Origin: Octopus sinensis
Taxonomy: Eukaryota
Length of the DNA stretch: 64,000 bases
Direction of reading: 5' to 3'
Assembly (NCBI RefSeq): GCF_006345805.1
Contig: NC_043024.1
Location: forward strand, 4,340,001 to 4,404,000
Shown here: piece by piece, positions 13,713 to 26,976 of the stretch
Layout of the letters: each line of letters starts with the position of its first letter
How positions within the stretch are numbered: the stretch's first letter is position 1
Translations under genes and position numbers: made by a program
Notes under the pieces: generated by a model
What the model saw: the letters and a program-made list of their open reading frames with translations, nothing else
The model's database searches: none
What the model was told of the DNA's origin: nothing

Positions 13713-14399
13713 TTTGGTAGAGTATGGAGGACTGGTTATGTGGTCATGCTGCCTCTAATTTTTATTTCATCCCCCTGCAATGCTTCTAGATGTCTCACCA
13801 ACGTATGTAATGTTCTTGTCTTTACAAGCACCCCACAAGAAAATCTCTGTCTATAGATGAGCAGAGGCGAATTATATCCATTCTACCCGGACACAACCTG
13901 TGAGGTGTTCAGATGGTTTGCAGCTATTGATTCTACTGAGGAGATCCTTCTGCTCACAAAGACGTGTGTCTCCGTTTCCTTGAGTGGTCGTAACACCTGC
14001 GAGAGGAAGGAGAATAATTACCATTGTCCCTTTTTTTAATAAAGGACTCATGAAATTGTAAGATGCATTTGGAGTCAGGATTTTGCTCCATGAGCCGACT
14101 CTACATTTTGGGGTTTATAAAATATTAATGTTGATGATAATAATAATAATGATTTTTGTTTTGTATTTTTAAGTACAAAAGCTGAAATTTGTAGGAAGGG
14201 GACGAGTTAAATTCAGGGACTCGAGTGCTCTACTGCTTATTTTATTTACCTCGAAAGGATGGAAGTCATACTTTGAAAGGAAAGACGTTTGGGGCACCAA
14301 CTCATGACAGACGAAATATAAAGAGGGACCTTCACTGTGGGCTAGCTAGCAAGCTGGTCTTCAGAGAAGGGACTCCTGGTTAGGTGGGAGGGGCATCTG

Positions 14400-15395
14400 G
14401 ATGCTCAAATGTATGTATGTATGTGTGTGTATGTATGTATGTGTGTATATGTATGTATGTACGTATGTATGTATGTATGTGTGTATGTACGTATGTATGT
14501 ATGTACGTATATGTATGTATGTGTATGCACATACGTACGCATGTGCGTATGTATGTATACGCACACGTATGCATGTGCCCATGTATGTGTGTGCGTACAT
14601 GTACGTGCGTATGTACGTCTGTATGCCCATACGTAGGTATGTATGTATGTATGTACTCATGTGCTACGTATGTATGTGTCTAGGAGAATGGGCAGACGCG
14701 TCTGTGAGAGTGTACATGTGTATGTGAACGTATGTCCGTGTACTGGTATATGTCCGTCCAAGTTGTGTACATGACTGTTACTTGGTTGAAGGTTGTATAT
14801 ATACACACATATATGTTTGTATAGACGCACATAAAAAACATATATATATGTGTGGGTGTGTGTTTGTTCCTCTCATCACCGTCTAACTGTGAATGGATGC
14901 AACGTTTAGGTGCAACTGTGCACATGTAACCATATCCATATACGCAAGTACACACAATCATATAGACACACTCATAAATATATATATATATACATACATA
15001 CACATATATATATATGTGTGTATGTATATAAATATATGTATATATGTATATATATATATACACATATATATATATACATACATATAATCTTAAAATACTC
15101 ATATATACTTATCCACTTCTATATACATGTCCTATTACACACACACACACACACACGTGCATACACACACGCACACACACATACATACAAAATACGACGC
15201 AGTATTATATATGCATAAACGCATATATATACAATACATCCATCCATCCATACATGCTCATATGTAGCACCACACACGCACATACGTATGAGACAACGTA
15301 CGCTCATACGGTTACATATAACTGCACATAAGTGTTTTAGCACCACGCATTGCAACATGTATGTAAGGATTACAAGTAAATGAGAGAGAGAGAGA
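14400..15395. repeat. Compound (TATG)n/(TA)n/(CA)n microsatellite region
   Basis: Direct inspection. Confidence 0.9.
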
Positions 15396-15399
15396 GGGG

Positions 15400-17720
15400 T
15401 GGTTATAGAATGGTCCTCCTGAATGGGATCTGGATGTTACTCCATTCGGATTTTCGGTTGAGAGTAGGTTTGTATTCTTGTATACAAACAGCTTCTGTGA
15501 CCTGTCTCAACATTGCATCGGTGGGATGTGTTGATAGGATGTTCAGCTTAAGTTTCCCTAAGGATCCCTTGTGGCAGTCTACAGCATGTTGGTAGAAGAT
15601 GGAGTTTGGCTTCCTTTCAATGTAGTTGACCAGGTGTTCTTTGAACCTATCATTGATACTTCTAGAAGTCTCACCTATGTATGACTCTGGATTAGTCGCG
15701 CAAGCTCCTTCTTGGCACTCAATTTGGTATACAGTGCCCTTAGTTTTGCAGTTTACATGAGGATTTGTCGAACATACTGCACAATTACTTTGACAGGTGA
15801 TTCTATCAAATGGATATGATCTGCATAATGCCGATTTGATAGTCCTACCCGTCTTTTCTACAACTTTAACTTTTAGGCCAGTAGTGCGCAGGATTTTCTT
15901 GAATGCCTTACTTAGCTCGTCCTTAGGTGTGGCGTAAACGAACATTACTCCGTGAAATTTCCTGTTATCATACCAAGTAACGTTTCTCATCATTTTGTTG
16001 GTGTCCCTCTCTAACCTGTTCCAGAACTTGTTGCGGTACAGGGGGCATATACCGTTTTCGTCGTCCCTTAGAATGCGTCCGAATCTAGCTTTCGCTCTCT
16101 TGTACACTCCGACTCTATCGTCTTGTGTATATCCGGAGCGTTGCATTCAGAATATGTAGTGCTGGATGTGTTGTTGTCGTTCTTGTGGTTGGCATAGTGG
16201 TGATACATTCCTCATTGCTCTAATTAAGTCTGCCACTAGGATGTTGAGTTTGGCAGTTTTCGACATAGCTGAGTCACTACGGATTACTAGTGGATTAGCC
16301 ATCGGTTTATGATAGTGTGAGTGGAGTATACAGGGTTTTATGGTTCCATTAACCATAGCATCTTCTATCCATAGCTCAGTATCTAGGACAGGTAATCGTT
16401 TACTGGGGTGTTTAGAGGGTTAGTCTATGGTAACTTTTATACTACTGTGGATAGAGTAAGCTATGTGTTGTATAGATGTCATCACCTGTTCTTCACTTGG
16501 TAGAGGGCCCATAACTGTGTCTGTATTATATTTCACAACAAGGTTAATGTCGTCGACGTAACGAGTACATAGCCAAGTGGATGTTACGGTTTGCTAGGCA
16601 CTGTTTAAAATGTTTGTCCCACCATACCATGAAGAGGTTTGCAACGTCACCGGCAATCCCCACTCCAATAGCACCGCCTTTCGTCTGCTTATATAGTTTG
16701 TTGTCAAACTTAAAAATATGTGTTTTAGCGTAATTCTCAGGCTGACACCGATAGCATGTGCGATGGTGGTTCTAATGTCGTGTGCACTTGAAGGTGGGTA
16801 GTCCGGTTTCGTCCATCCCTGCCAGCGCTCACAGTGAGTCTTCCTGTATGCTGAGGTAATGGTAGGTGGTCTACCTCGTTTGTTACGGGTGGGACAAGCA
16901 TATAGAAGGTTATTGCGCGACAGGTATTCATTGGTACACGTCAGGGCCAGGAAGAGCCCTAGTTCATATACATCCACATTCTTAAATATCATACCACTCT
17001 CACTAACCATTTCTATACATTTATCGACAGCAAAGTCTACATCGATGGAGGGATATAGTGATACCACATCCATGCTACCTACGATGTGGTTCCTAAGGTC
17101 ACACGTGTTGTTGCATTCGCGGATCCTGCTAAGGAGGTCCTCAGTAATGTCACATACATCCGCAGATAGCTTTATTAATGGTCGTAGGAATTGTGAGAGA
17201 AAATATGATATTTTGTGGTTGTTTGCATTGTTGGCACCACAAACGGGTCGGGTGGGTGGCCCAAGTATATGATCCATATGGCTCTTATGATCTTTGCGAA
17301 GGCCATATAGGGGTGGGATTTCGTTGTTGGTGGTTAAGAAGTTGTTAGCTGTGCGCTTCTCCGACTGGAGAATTATACTCCACATCCCCATGTGAGCATT
17401 AATGATTTTTTCGTTCTCGATATATTCGAGTGTTGTAGTTTCTGTCATGTCTCTGATGTGTGGTTGCATGTTCGAAATGTAATTAGATATATTGTCAACA
17501 GACATCCTACCTGATTTGTCAGTTGGGAAACATACAATCTCTCTGTTTTTGATGCGATTTTTTAATTTAAGGTCTTTCTTAACTCTGGTGTTAAGATCGT
17601 GGGTCTTATTTACTGATCGTTCTTGTATATGCCTTTGGGTGTAATTAGAGAAGGCTGATAGAAACTTGGATTTAGTAAGGGTAAACTTCGCTTCCAAAGC
17701 AGCGTCAGTATAGGGTGATC
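15400..17720 (-). mobile_element. Penelope-like retroelement (RT + GIY-YIG endonuclease), 5'-truncated, frameshifted
   Basis: RT motifs SMDVVSLYPSI, KQTKGGAIGVGIAGDVANLFM and YVDDINL (in shifted frames). Linker ANPLVIRSDSAM. Cys-rich segment CQSNCAVC...NC, then VYQIEC...YIGETSRSINDRFKEH (GIY-YIG). ORF pieces at 16594-17697, 16147-16356 and 15403-16146. Confidence 0.9.
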
Positions 17721-18009
17721 AGTTTTACCCATTCAGAAAACGGGATTTTGTGCGTGACACCACATGAAGTGAACTGAAAACAAACGAAATATTTACGGGA
17801 TTCTTCTTTACGTACGCCATATGAACACTCGTATTAAGTTGTCCAGAAAGGTCTGAGTGTTTTTTTGAAGCTAAATTTTTCAATGCTTCATTGAATACAC
17901 CAGAAACGTAACAGTTAAAACTATGGCGTTGCTCGAAGTGGTAATGTATCTTGTCTTTGTTCCTCACCAAAATTCCGTTTATCTTTCGTTCTGGTTACCC
18001 TTTAATGAT

Positions 18010-18480
18010 ATTTGAAATGGATAACCAAAAATTTTATATTCACGTTATAATGCTTTTCTTAAAGAAAAAATGTGAAAATGCTGCAAACACTTTCAAAAAC
18101 ATTTGTAAAGTTTGTGATGATGCTGCAGGTGAATCAACTGTTCGAAGCTGGTTTGCGAAATTTAAAACTGGAGAGTTTAGCTTGGAAGACGACAGTCGCA
18201 GTGGAAGATCTTCAAAATTGGATGTGGATGTTTTGAAGGCAAAAATCGAAGAAAATCTAATATCAAGACTAAAGATCTTGCAGAGGAGTTGAAAGTTCTT
18301 CAAAGTATGGCTGATGAACACCTTGTGAAGCTAGGATACATTTCTTGCTATAATGTAATGGGTCCCTCACAAACTCTCAGAAAAGGATTGCTTGGAGCAG
18401 TATTCTGTTTGTGATATGTTTTTGAAATGGAATGAAAGCCTGCCTTTTTTTAAACGACTTGTGACTGGAGATGAAAAGTT
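18010..18480 (+). pseudogene. mariner transposase N-terminal remnant
   Basis: NAANTFKNICKV...ESTVRSWFAKFKTGEFSLEDDSRSGR (Mos1-type HTH), followed in shifted frames by (W)VPHKL and FKRLVTGDEK. Confidence 0.85.
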
Positions 18481-19259
18481 ATCCATTGAAAAGTGAAAGA
18501 ATTTGGGAAACGATGATCACTTAATGCATTTTATATATAAATTTATATACTTTATACACACTTTTATAGACTTAATACACAGCAATCATAAAATATTCAC
18601 TCTTATTTTTCACTTCTCCTATAAACAGAAAAAACTTTGCATGGTCACAATTTTTTTATCTAAAAACCGAAAATTGTATAGTAAATACATTATTCTCTAT
18701 GTAAAATATAGGGGTCACAATTTCATGTGGGTAAAAGTTTAACGCAACATGGCATACACTGAAAACCACATCAGTGGTAACTTATAAGCCAAGGCAATGT
18801 GTCACATTTTAATTTGTAGGAAATATAAAAATCTTGTTTAATTAAAATAATTACTTTGCCCTACGCACCCACCAGCACTGATGGACAGAAGCATGGAAAA
18901 GTGAATGTTAAATGATGATGATTATCAGCATTGTAGTGATATAGTTCCTCATTCCGTATGAATGCATTTATGATTTCATAATTGATCATTTTCATAGATT
19001 GATTCAACACAAATATCAAGAGCATTGAGAGAGGAGGGTGAATTAATTATACAGTCATAGTAATATGAAAAATATTACATCTTTCATATTAATATGACTG
19101 CATAATTAATTCACCATTTTCAAAGAATGATTAAGCACTGATATCACAGTGATACGATTTCCCTTGTCTGTCAATGTTCTTCTGATTCCTTAATGGATCG
19201 TTTCAAGTGAAAGATTTTCTATAGATATCCCAGTAATATAGTTTCTATTTTCTGTGGAT

Positions 19260-19640
19260 GTCATCATCATCGTTTAACGTCCGCTTTCCATGCTAGCATG
19301 GGTTGGACAGTTCAAGTAGGGTCTGGGAAGCCTGAAGGCTGCACAAGGCCAGTCTGATCTGGCAGCGTTTCTACAGCTGGATGCCCTTCCTAACGCCAAC
19401 CACTCCGTGAGTGTACTGGTGCTTTTTACGTGCCACTAACACAGGTGCCAGGTGAGGCTGGGAACGTCTGGCAACAGCCACGATCGGATGGTGTTTGCTA
19501 CGTGCTACCAGGACGGAGGCCAGCTGATGCGGTGCTGGCTACGGCCACGTTCAGATGGTTCTCTTATGTGCCACCGGCACTGGTACCACAACTACAAAGT
19601 CCATTGATGTTGATCGATTTCAATTTGATTTTATGAGATA
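19260..19640 (-). mobile_element. Interspersed repeat resembling a non-LTR 3' end; paralogue at 55197-55665, fragments at 49500-49870
   Basis: Near-identical ATCATCGTTTAACGTCCGCTTTCCATGCTAGCATGGGTTGGAC...GGATGCCCTTCCTAACGCCAACC in both copies, with a (CAT)n tail. Absent from the paralogous flanks at 40700 and 62720. Confidence 0.6.
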
Positions 19641-19719
19641 CGAGCTTGTCCTTTTGAGATGTTATAAACAAATATCAGTGTTACGGATCCACTTCATAAG
19701 GAATGCACTTGTGTTTAAC

Positions 19720-20744
<1,025 letters not shown>

Positions 20745-22313
20745 TCAAGTTGTACAGATCAACAACTTTTCAAAAATATTTCTCCTCTCACCAAAATTTA
20801 TGGATATTTTTCTTCTTTTTGCTTTTATAGTTTATTCCAAACAAATTTCACTTCTCTTACATTTCTTCTAAATGTGATCAATGCCAATATTTAAAAATGT
20901 CGCAAATACTCTTTGTAAATCCATCAAAGTATATTTAAAAGAGAAAATTATCTCTTGCACATTTCAGACACAGAAGTAAAGAAATGCTTTCTATCTCGGA
21001 GGAAATATTTTACTGTAATTCAGCAATGTTTTATAGAAGCAGGATTATATGTTTGTAGAATATCTTTGCAGAGTCTTTCAAACATGATACATATTGATGA
21101 TTCTTTAAAAGTAAAAAATACTTTTTAGCCAATTTCATGTGATTTTCTGAAAGAAAAGAAAAAATAATATAAGATATAGAATATGTTTAAAAGGTAGATA
21201 TTCAAAAGTGCAAATTTATAACATTTCTATTTTGCTAAATTGTAGAAGTATTAAACTTATCCAATCTCATCATTTTTAAGAAGTTTCTATCATAGAGTGG
21301 ACACATGTATTATAATAACAACTCCTAGACACACCAATGAAGCAGAAAAATCTGTGACAATGTATTAATGTAAACACAAAGAGTGGTAGGACCAACTGCA
21401 GTACAGAAAAGGACATTACATGAATTTTATTGTGAACACCCGGGGATGTCATGACTGAAAGCTTTGATGGGGAGTCATGTGTCCTATTTTTTCCAGTAAT
21501 AACGTATCCTATTAATTAGATTGTGCACTCGAAATACTGAAACGAAAATAACACCTCCTGGACATTGCGTCTGTCCTAGACACACACCAATATACATGTC
21601 AATGACACAGGCAGGGGCTCTCTCATTGGTTCGATTGTGTGATGAGATTTTTTAACACATGTAGGATCTATTCGGTTTGAACGGCAGTTTTTAACATAAT
21701 TTCTAGGTAACTAAAAAATTTTAAACTTCGTATACTGGTAGAATGTGTTTATAAAACATCTTTTTCTCTTGGCTTTATTGAGAAAATTCTATACTTTGTA
21801 AGATATCTGTTGTTTTTTCTTCAATTTCTGCAATTTTAACCAATCAATGACGTCCATTGAGGTAAAAAAAAAAACATTCTGTGCTGTATGAATATGTCCC
21901 TCGTTTAAGAAACAGATTGTGTTTGTTTACATTTGTGAAGAAAAAAAGATACCCTTCCTCCCAACCGTCGCCCTAAAACAGATTGAAATGCAATAGATCG
22001 ATACTAGGGTCATAATTATGGGTGACAATTTCATATGACACCGCTAGAGTATAAAGACAAGACTTAGTTCCCCTTGTTCAGAGTTAATTCTTCCTCATTG
22101 TCTCGGTACACCTCTTTCATCTGCGTTTTGAGAATTTTGCTGCCTTTTGTTGAGAGAGTTCGATTTTTGTTCATCGTTGTTTGTGAATTGTTACTCGTGA
22201 ATTGAACTGTTGTCCGTTGTGTAACAGTAATTTTCGCCCTACGGGACAGAAAATTCTGTGTTTAAACATTGCCATTACCTTCGAGGTAATATTTTTGAAA
22301 CATTTTTTGAGAA

Positions 22314-23562
22314 ATGGATTTCGACTTGGCGTCGAAGAGTGACTTTCCCGTGATGGGAAAAGGTGAACCAAAGGATACCGAAGTCAAAAAACAGTCTTTT
22401 TCGGCCGCAGTGGGCGGAACCATAATGGATGTAGAATTTAAGATTGAACAGTTATTCGAATTTCGGAACTTAGTAAAAATGGAAGGCAATGAAATTAAAC
22501 TGGTACCACCGCAAGCGAAGGTACAGGAAATAAAGGCAAAGACAGTTATATACAAAGTTTATAGCTACAAAGAATATGGGGAAAAGAACAGCTAAACTGC
22601 TGGTAGAGGATATACCGAGAGGGTATGACATAATGTGGGTAGCAGCGGCGGTCCTGCACAATGTAGAGCGGGAAATTTCGATTCTACAGATGAGAAGGAA
22701 AGAGGAGGTACGCTGGAAGGGACAGACGCTAGAACTCCTCGTTCAAGCAGAAAATAAGATACTGGAAAACTTACCCGATAGGGTATTTAATGAGGATGGA
22801 ACTTCAATGAGAGTGTCAGTGGAGGGGCGCAGACCTAGGTGCTTTAAATGTGGCGAAAAGGGTCACGTTCGCTCAAACTGTTTAAAAAAAAAGAAAATCA
22901 ACGAAGCCCCTCCTCAAAGTGTTTCAAACACTGAAAGGGAGAAGGCGGAGAAAGAACCCAAGACAGCGATAAGGAAAGAAACCGAAACGGAGGATTTTAA
23001 TGAACAAATGGAATATACACAAGTGACACACAAAAGAAAAAAAGATAACACCCTGGACTACCCTCCCCAAACAAGGAAAAAATCAGCAAACACCGCAGAC
23101 ACACATATAAAGCAAATTCCCCAGCCCTATCCCCACGGCACTGTATTCATTGGAACACAGTTTGCCAAGCCCCTCCCCATAAAACAAGATTTGAAAAAAT
23201 TTTTTTTTTAAATTGATAAAATTATAGCATTTGAAGAGAAGAACGATAGGGTGTACAAATATTTTAAATTTTCCAAATTTAAACTATTCAGCAAGGCTAC
23301 AGACACAAAAGCAACCACTCGCTTCGCAAAAATAAAGGAAGACGAGTGGAAGGAAGAAACACTGCAAGAACATTTGAAGAATAGACTTATAAGAGATGTA
23401 ACGAAGGAAGTACTGGAGGGTAAACTTATTATAACCCCGGCAACCACACCTACCCAGAGCCCGGTGGCAACGCCGGTTAAGAGCCCTGCAGCTACGACCA
23501 CAAGAGAGGAAGAAGAGGAAGCGGGCAGATTTAAACTGTCATGCTCCCTTTCTCAACCGTAA
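22314..23562 (+). pseudogene. LINE ORF1 (CCHC zinc knuckle), split by frameshifts
   Basis: Fragments at 22314-22595, 22576-23211 and 23251-23562; RRPRCFKCGEKGHVRSNC = CX2CX4HX4C. Confidence 0.8.
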
Positions 23563-23589
23563 GTTCATTTATTTTTTCTCTCACCGACA

Positions 23590-26500
23590 ATGGCTAAGCT
23601 GGGTTGTGTGAATGTACGTGGAATGGGGTCGAAATGGAAACAAATTTGTTTCCTGAACGACCTCACGACACATGGAGTGGACATAGCTATTGCAACCGAG
23701 TCCAAGATGAACAGGGCCCAAGCGTTCTCGCCTCTTCTAAATGGTTTCGAGAAATTTATTTCTCCTAGCCGAGGAAGAGGAAGAGGCGTGGCAGTCCTTA
23801 TCAGGAAGAGCTTGGACTTGCAGGTAAGTACTGTCTTTCTGGACCCAGAAGGCAGGCTGGTTGTTCTGGATGTGACCCACGTAAGTAAACAGTCTTTCAG
23901 GTTGGTAGCTGTCTACGCTCCGAATGAGTGTAGGCAGGCGGGATTTTTTCGGAATCTGGAGCCCTTTTTAGCGACGTCGAAAACGGTAGTCTTAGTAGGG
24001 GACTTTAACACTGTCCTTGAAGCGCGGGTCGACAGTGTTGGCTCAACCAATAGGAAGGGAACCCTAGCCTCAAGGGTCTACTAGAGAGCTTTGATCTAGT
24101 GGACCGTTACCGACTGGATGAGCCGAGCGTTCCACAGTGGACGTGGAGTAACAACGACGGCTCACACAGATCGTATATAGATAGGATATTCGTTAAAAAA
24201 AGAGATAAGGATACGTTTAGTTGTCCACAGTTTCACATTGTGCCTTACACGGATCACAAATTTGTGACGTGTAGGATGCAATTAGATAAGTGTCATAGAC
24301 AGGGACCCGGGTACTGGAAGCTGAAGAAGGCTATTTTGAATTGTGAAGACTTCCGTACCCGGATTAAGGTGTTAGTACAGAGGGCATTGTGTGGCACCAT
24401 CATTAACAATAGATGGTGGCACTCCCTCAAAAGAGCCATTCGTTCAGAGTCCATTAGATTTAGCAATCAGCTAAGGTTAGATAGGTCTAGGATAGAGGAC
24501 GATTTAGTTAAGAATCTAAACGAGGCAATGGAAGCTGGCTCTGCATCCGGAGTGATGGCGGCAAGGACGGTATTGTACCGTCACCTTAACTCCAAACACG
24601 AAGGTTGCAGAGTCAGAGCTAAGCTACGCGCTGGGAAACGAGAAGGTATTAACGTTGCCGGATGGGCCCGTCGAGTGGAGAGTCAGAGAGGTAACAAAGC
24701 CTCAATCAAGTCTTTAACTGACGAACAGGGACAAAAGATCTATGGACAGGAGGAGATGCAAAAGTTTCTTCACCAGCATTTCGCCCGTGTGTTCGGGGGT
24801 GGTGTGGCGCCGGAGTGGGGGAGGGCCTTAAAGGACTTCCTGGCCGGCGGACCGCGGCTCTCGGGGCGTGAGGTGGAGTGCTGTGAAGAAGCGATCACTC
24901 CCGCGGAGATAGAGGGGATACTGGCCAGATGCGCCGGGGAGAAGTCGCCGGGGTTGGATGGTCTGCCCTACGAGTTTTACCAAAGTATGCCGGACTTGTT
25001 CGGGGGAATATTGGAAGGCGTCTACACGAACTGGCAGCAGAATGGGAGAATTCCCAGTTCTGTAAGCCGGGGAGTGGTGACGCTAATCCAGAAAGACCCG
25101 AGCAAGGGGGATAACATTAGTAATTACAGGCCCATAACTCTACTTAATGTAGAGTTAAAGATTTTGGCCAAGGTGTTGGCAAAAAGGTTGACGGTTGTCG
25201 TGGAGAAACTTGTAGGGAAAGCAGACATGTGCAATTCCAGGCAGGTCGATCCAGGACAATCTTCACCTTATACGCTACACCTTAGATAGGGTGGGTAAAT
25301 TAACCGGCAAGGGCGGGGTAATGGTACATTTAGACCAAAGTAAAGCGTTCGATAGGGTAGACCATAAGTACCTGGCGATGGTACTCGAACTGGCTGGACT
25401 GGGCCCTGAATTTCACGGGTAGATCTCCGCTATGTATAGCGGCATCAAGTCCACCGTCCAGATAAACGGTTACCTAACGGAACAGTTTTCGATCAAATGT
25501 TCAGTTCGTCAAGGGTGCCCCTTGTCACCACTTTTGTACGTGTTGGCTCTCGAGCCATTGCTGCGAAAGTTGGAGAGGCTGGGAAGTAACCCGGATGAGA
25601 TCGGAGGTGGGAGAACGGTTACTGCTTATGCGGATGACGTCACCCTCATCGTGTCCAATGAGGCCCAGCTACCTTGTGTAGAAGAGGCTATCAGAGGATA
25701 CAAGGTGGTGGCAGGAACAAGGGTTAACAAGGACAAGTCGGTTGTCTTGCGCCTCGGCACCTGGAGGAGCAAGTCGATAACGTCCAGTGTCGTGGGACAC
25801 TGGACGGATGGCCCTGTTAAGTTGCTAGGAGTTTGGTTTGGGCCAGACTCCCAAACGGAGAGGAATTGGAGTGAGGTGCCGGGCAAGGTGGAGGCCATAG
25901 TACGGACCTGGTCCGGAAGGCTTCTGTCCTTGAAAGGAAGGGCGGGGGTGGTACAGATGTTCATTGCATCTGTAATCACTTACCGCCTGACCGTTGTCCC
26001 TTGCCCCGATTCATGGCTTAGCAAGTTGGAACGAATCCTTTTCCGCTTTTTGTGGAAGGGAGGAAAGCCACTTGTGAAGCGCTCCGTTTGCTGCCAGGAA
26101 CCGTTAAAGGGTGGGTTAGGAATGCCTTGGTTGATGATGCGCAGACATGCGATTAGGCTGAAGCATCTCTGGCACCACCTGGAGGGTGATAAGGTGTGGA
26201 GTCCGCTGGCAGGGGAATTTTTCCCGAGACCGGCCTCCTTAGTGAATTTTAAACCCGGTCGCATCAAAAGACGGAATCTGCTTTTATGGCAAAAGGAGTG
26301 CCGACAGGCACTCACGCTGATCTACAAGGCGGGCAAGGCCGGCTGCGGAAATACCACCTCGGTATTTTATAGCAGGCTGGTAGAGGCAAAGAACGACGAC
26401 GTCCTAGGAGGGGCTCTGGGGTTTGACGAAGACCAGCTTACCAACCTGTTTAAAAAGACTTTCAGGACGGGGTATTTGGATAATTTCCAAAGATCCCTGG

Positions 26501-26976
26501 CCTGGCAGTGTTATAGGAATGCTTTACCTGTTCGCGAGAAGTTATCGCGGCACGGAATTTCAGTGCCACCGACGTGTCCAAGGTGCGAGTTGGACGATGA
26601 AACCGTCCAGCACGCTTTTGTACACTGTCGGAAGTTGTCCGACTTGATAAGTTACGCAGAACACGTGTTATCGCATCTGGGACGAGTACAGCTGTTGGCT
26701 GAGTCTATGATTAAGATGATACCGCCAACTGGACTCTCGAAGGAAGGTGAGGCATGTTTTCACTGCACGGTTGCAGTAGTAAAAGAATGCATGTGGCGAA
26801 CAAGAATGGAAGGAGTCGCGATAGGATCCTTTGTCTCGGGCCCCGGCTTGCTCACTTACTTCAGATATCATCTGAAGAGCAAAATGGGGCTGGAAAAGAG
26901 GATCTTACCACGGGGTGTGTATGAGAAAAGATGGAAGGAAGTGGAAAAAAAGGTGGGTGTCAGAAACCCAGCTTAA
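23590..26976 (+). pseudogene. LINE ORF2 (APE endonuclease, reverse transcriptase, C-terminal Zn motif) with 2 frameshifts and 1 stop
   Basis: CVNVRG, ATESK, VYAPN, GDFN, SYIDRIF, TDH (APE). KSPGLDG, NYRPITLLN, LDQSKAFDRVDH, VRQGCPLSP, YADD (RT). CPRC...ETVQHAFVHC. Lesions near 24070, 25222 and TGG>TAG near 25420. Confidence 0.92.

Noticed and set aside
8331-15358. Dozens of YI/IY/CV/HT-rich ORFs
   Set aside because: Translations of (TA)n, (TG)n and (TATG)n microsatellites.
18010-18480. Domesticated SETMAR-like or ZNF-transposase fusion
   Set aside because: The transposase remnants are frameshifted, lack a SET domain, and show no in-frame or splice link to any ZNF ORF.
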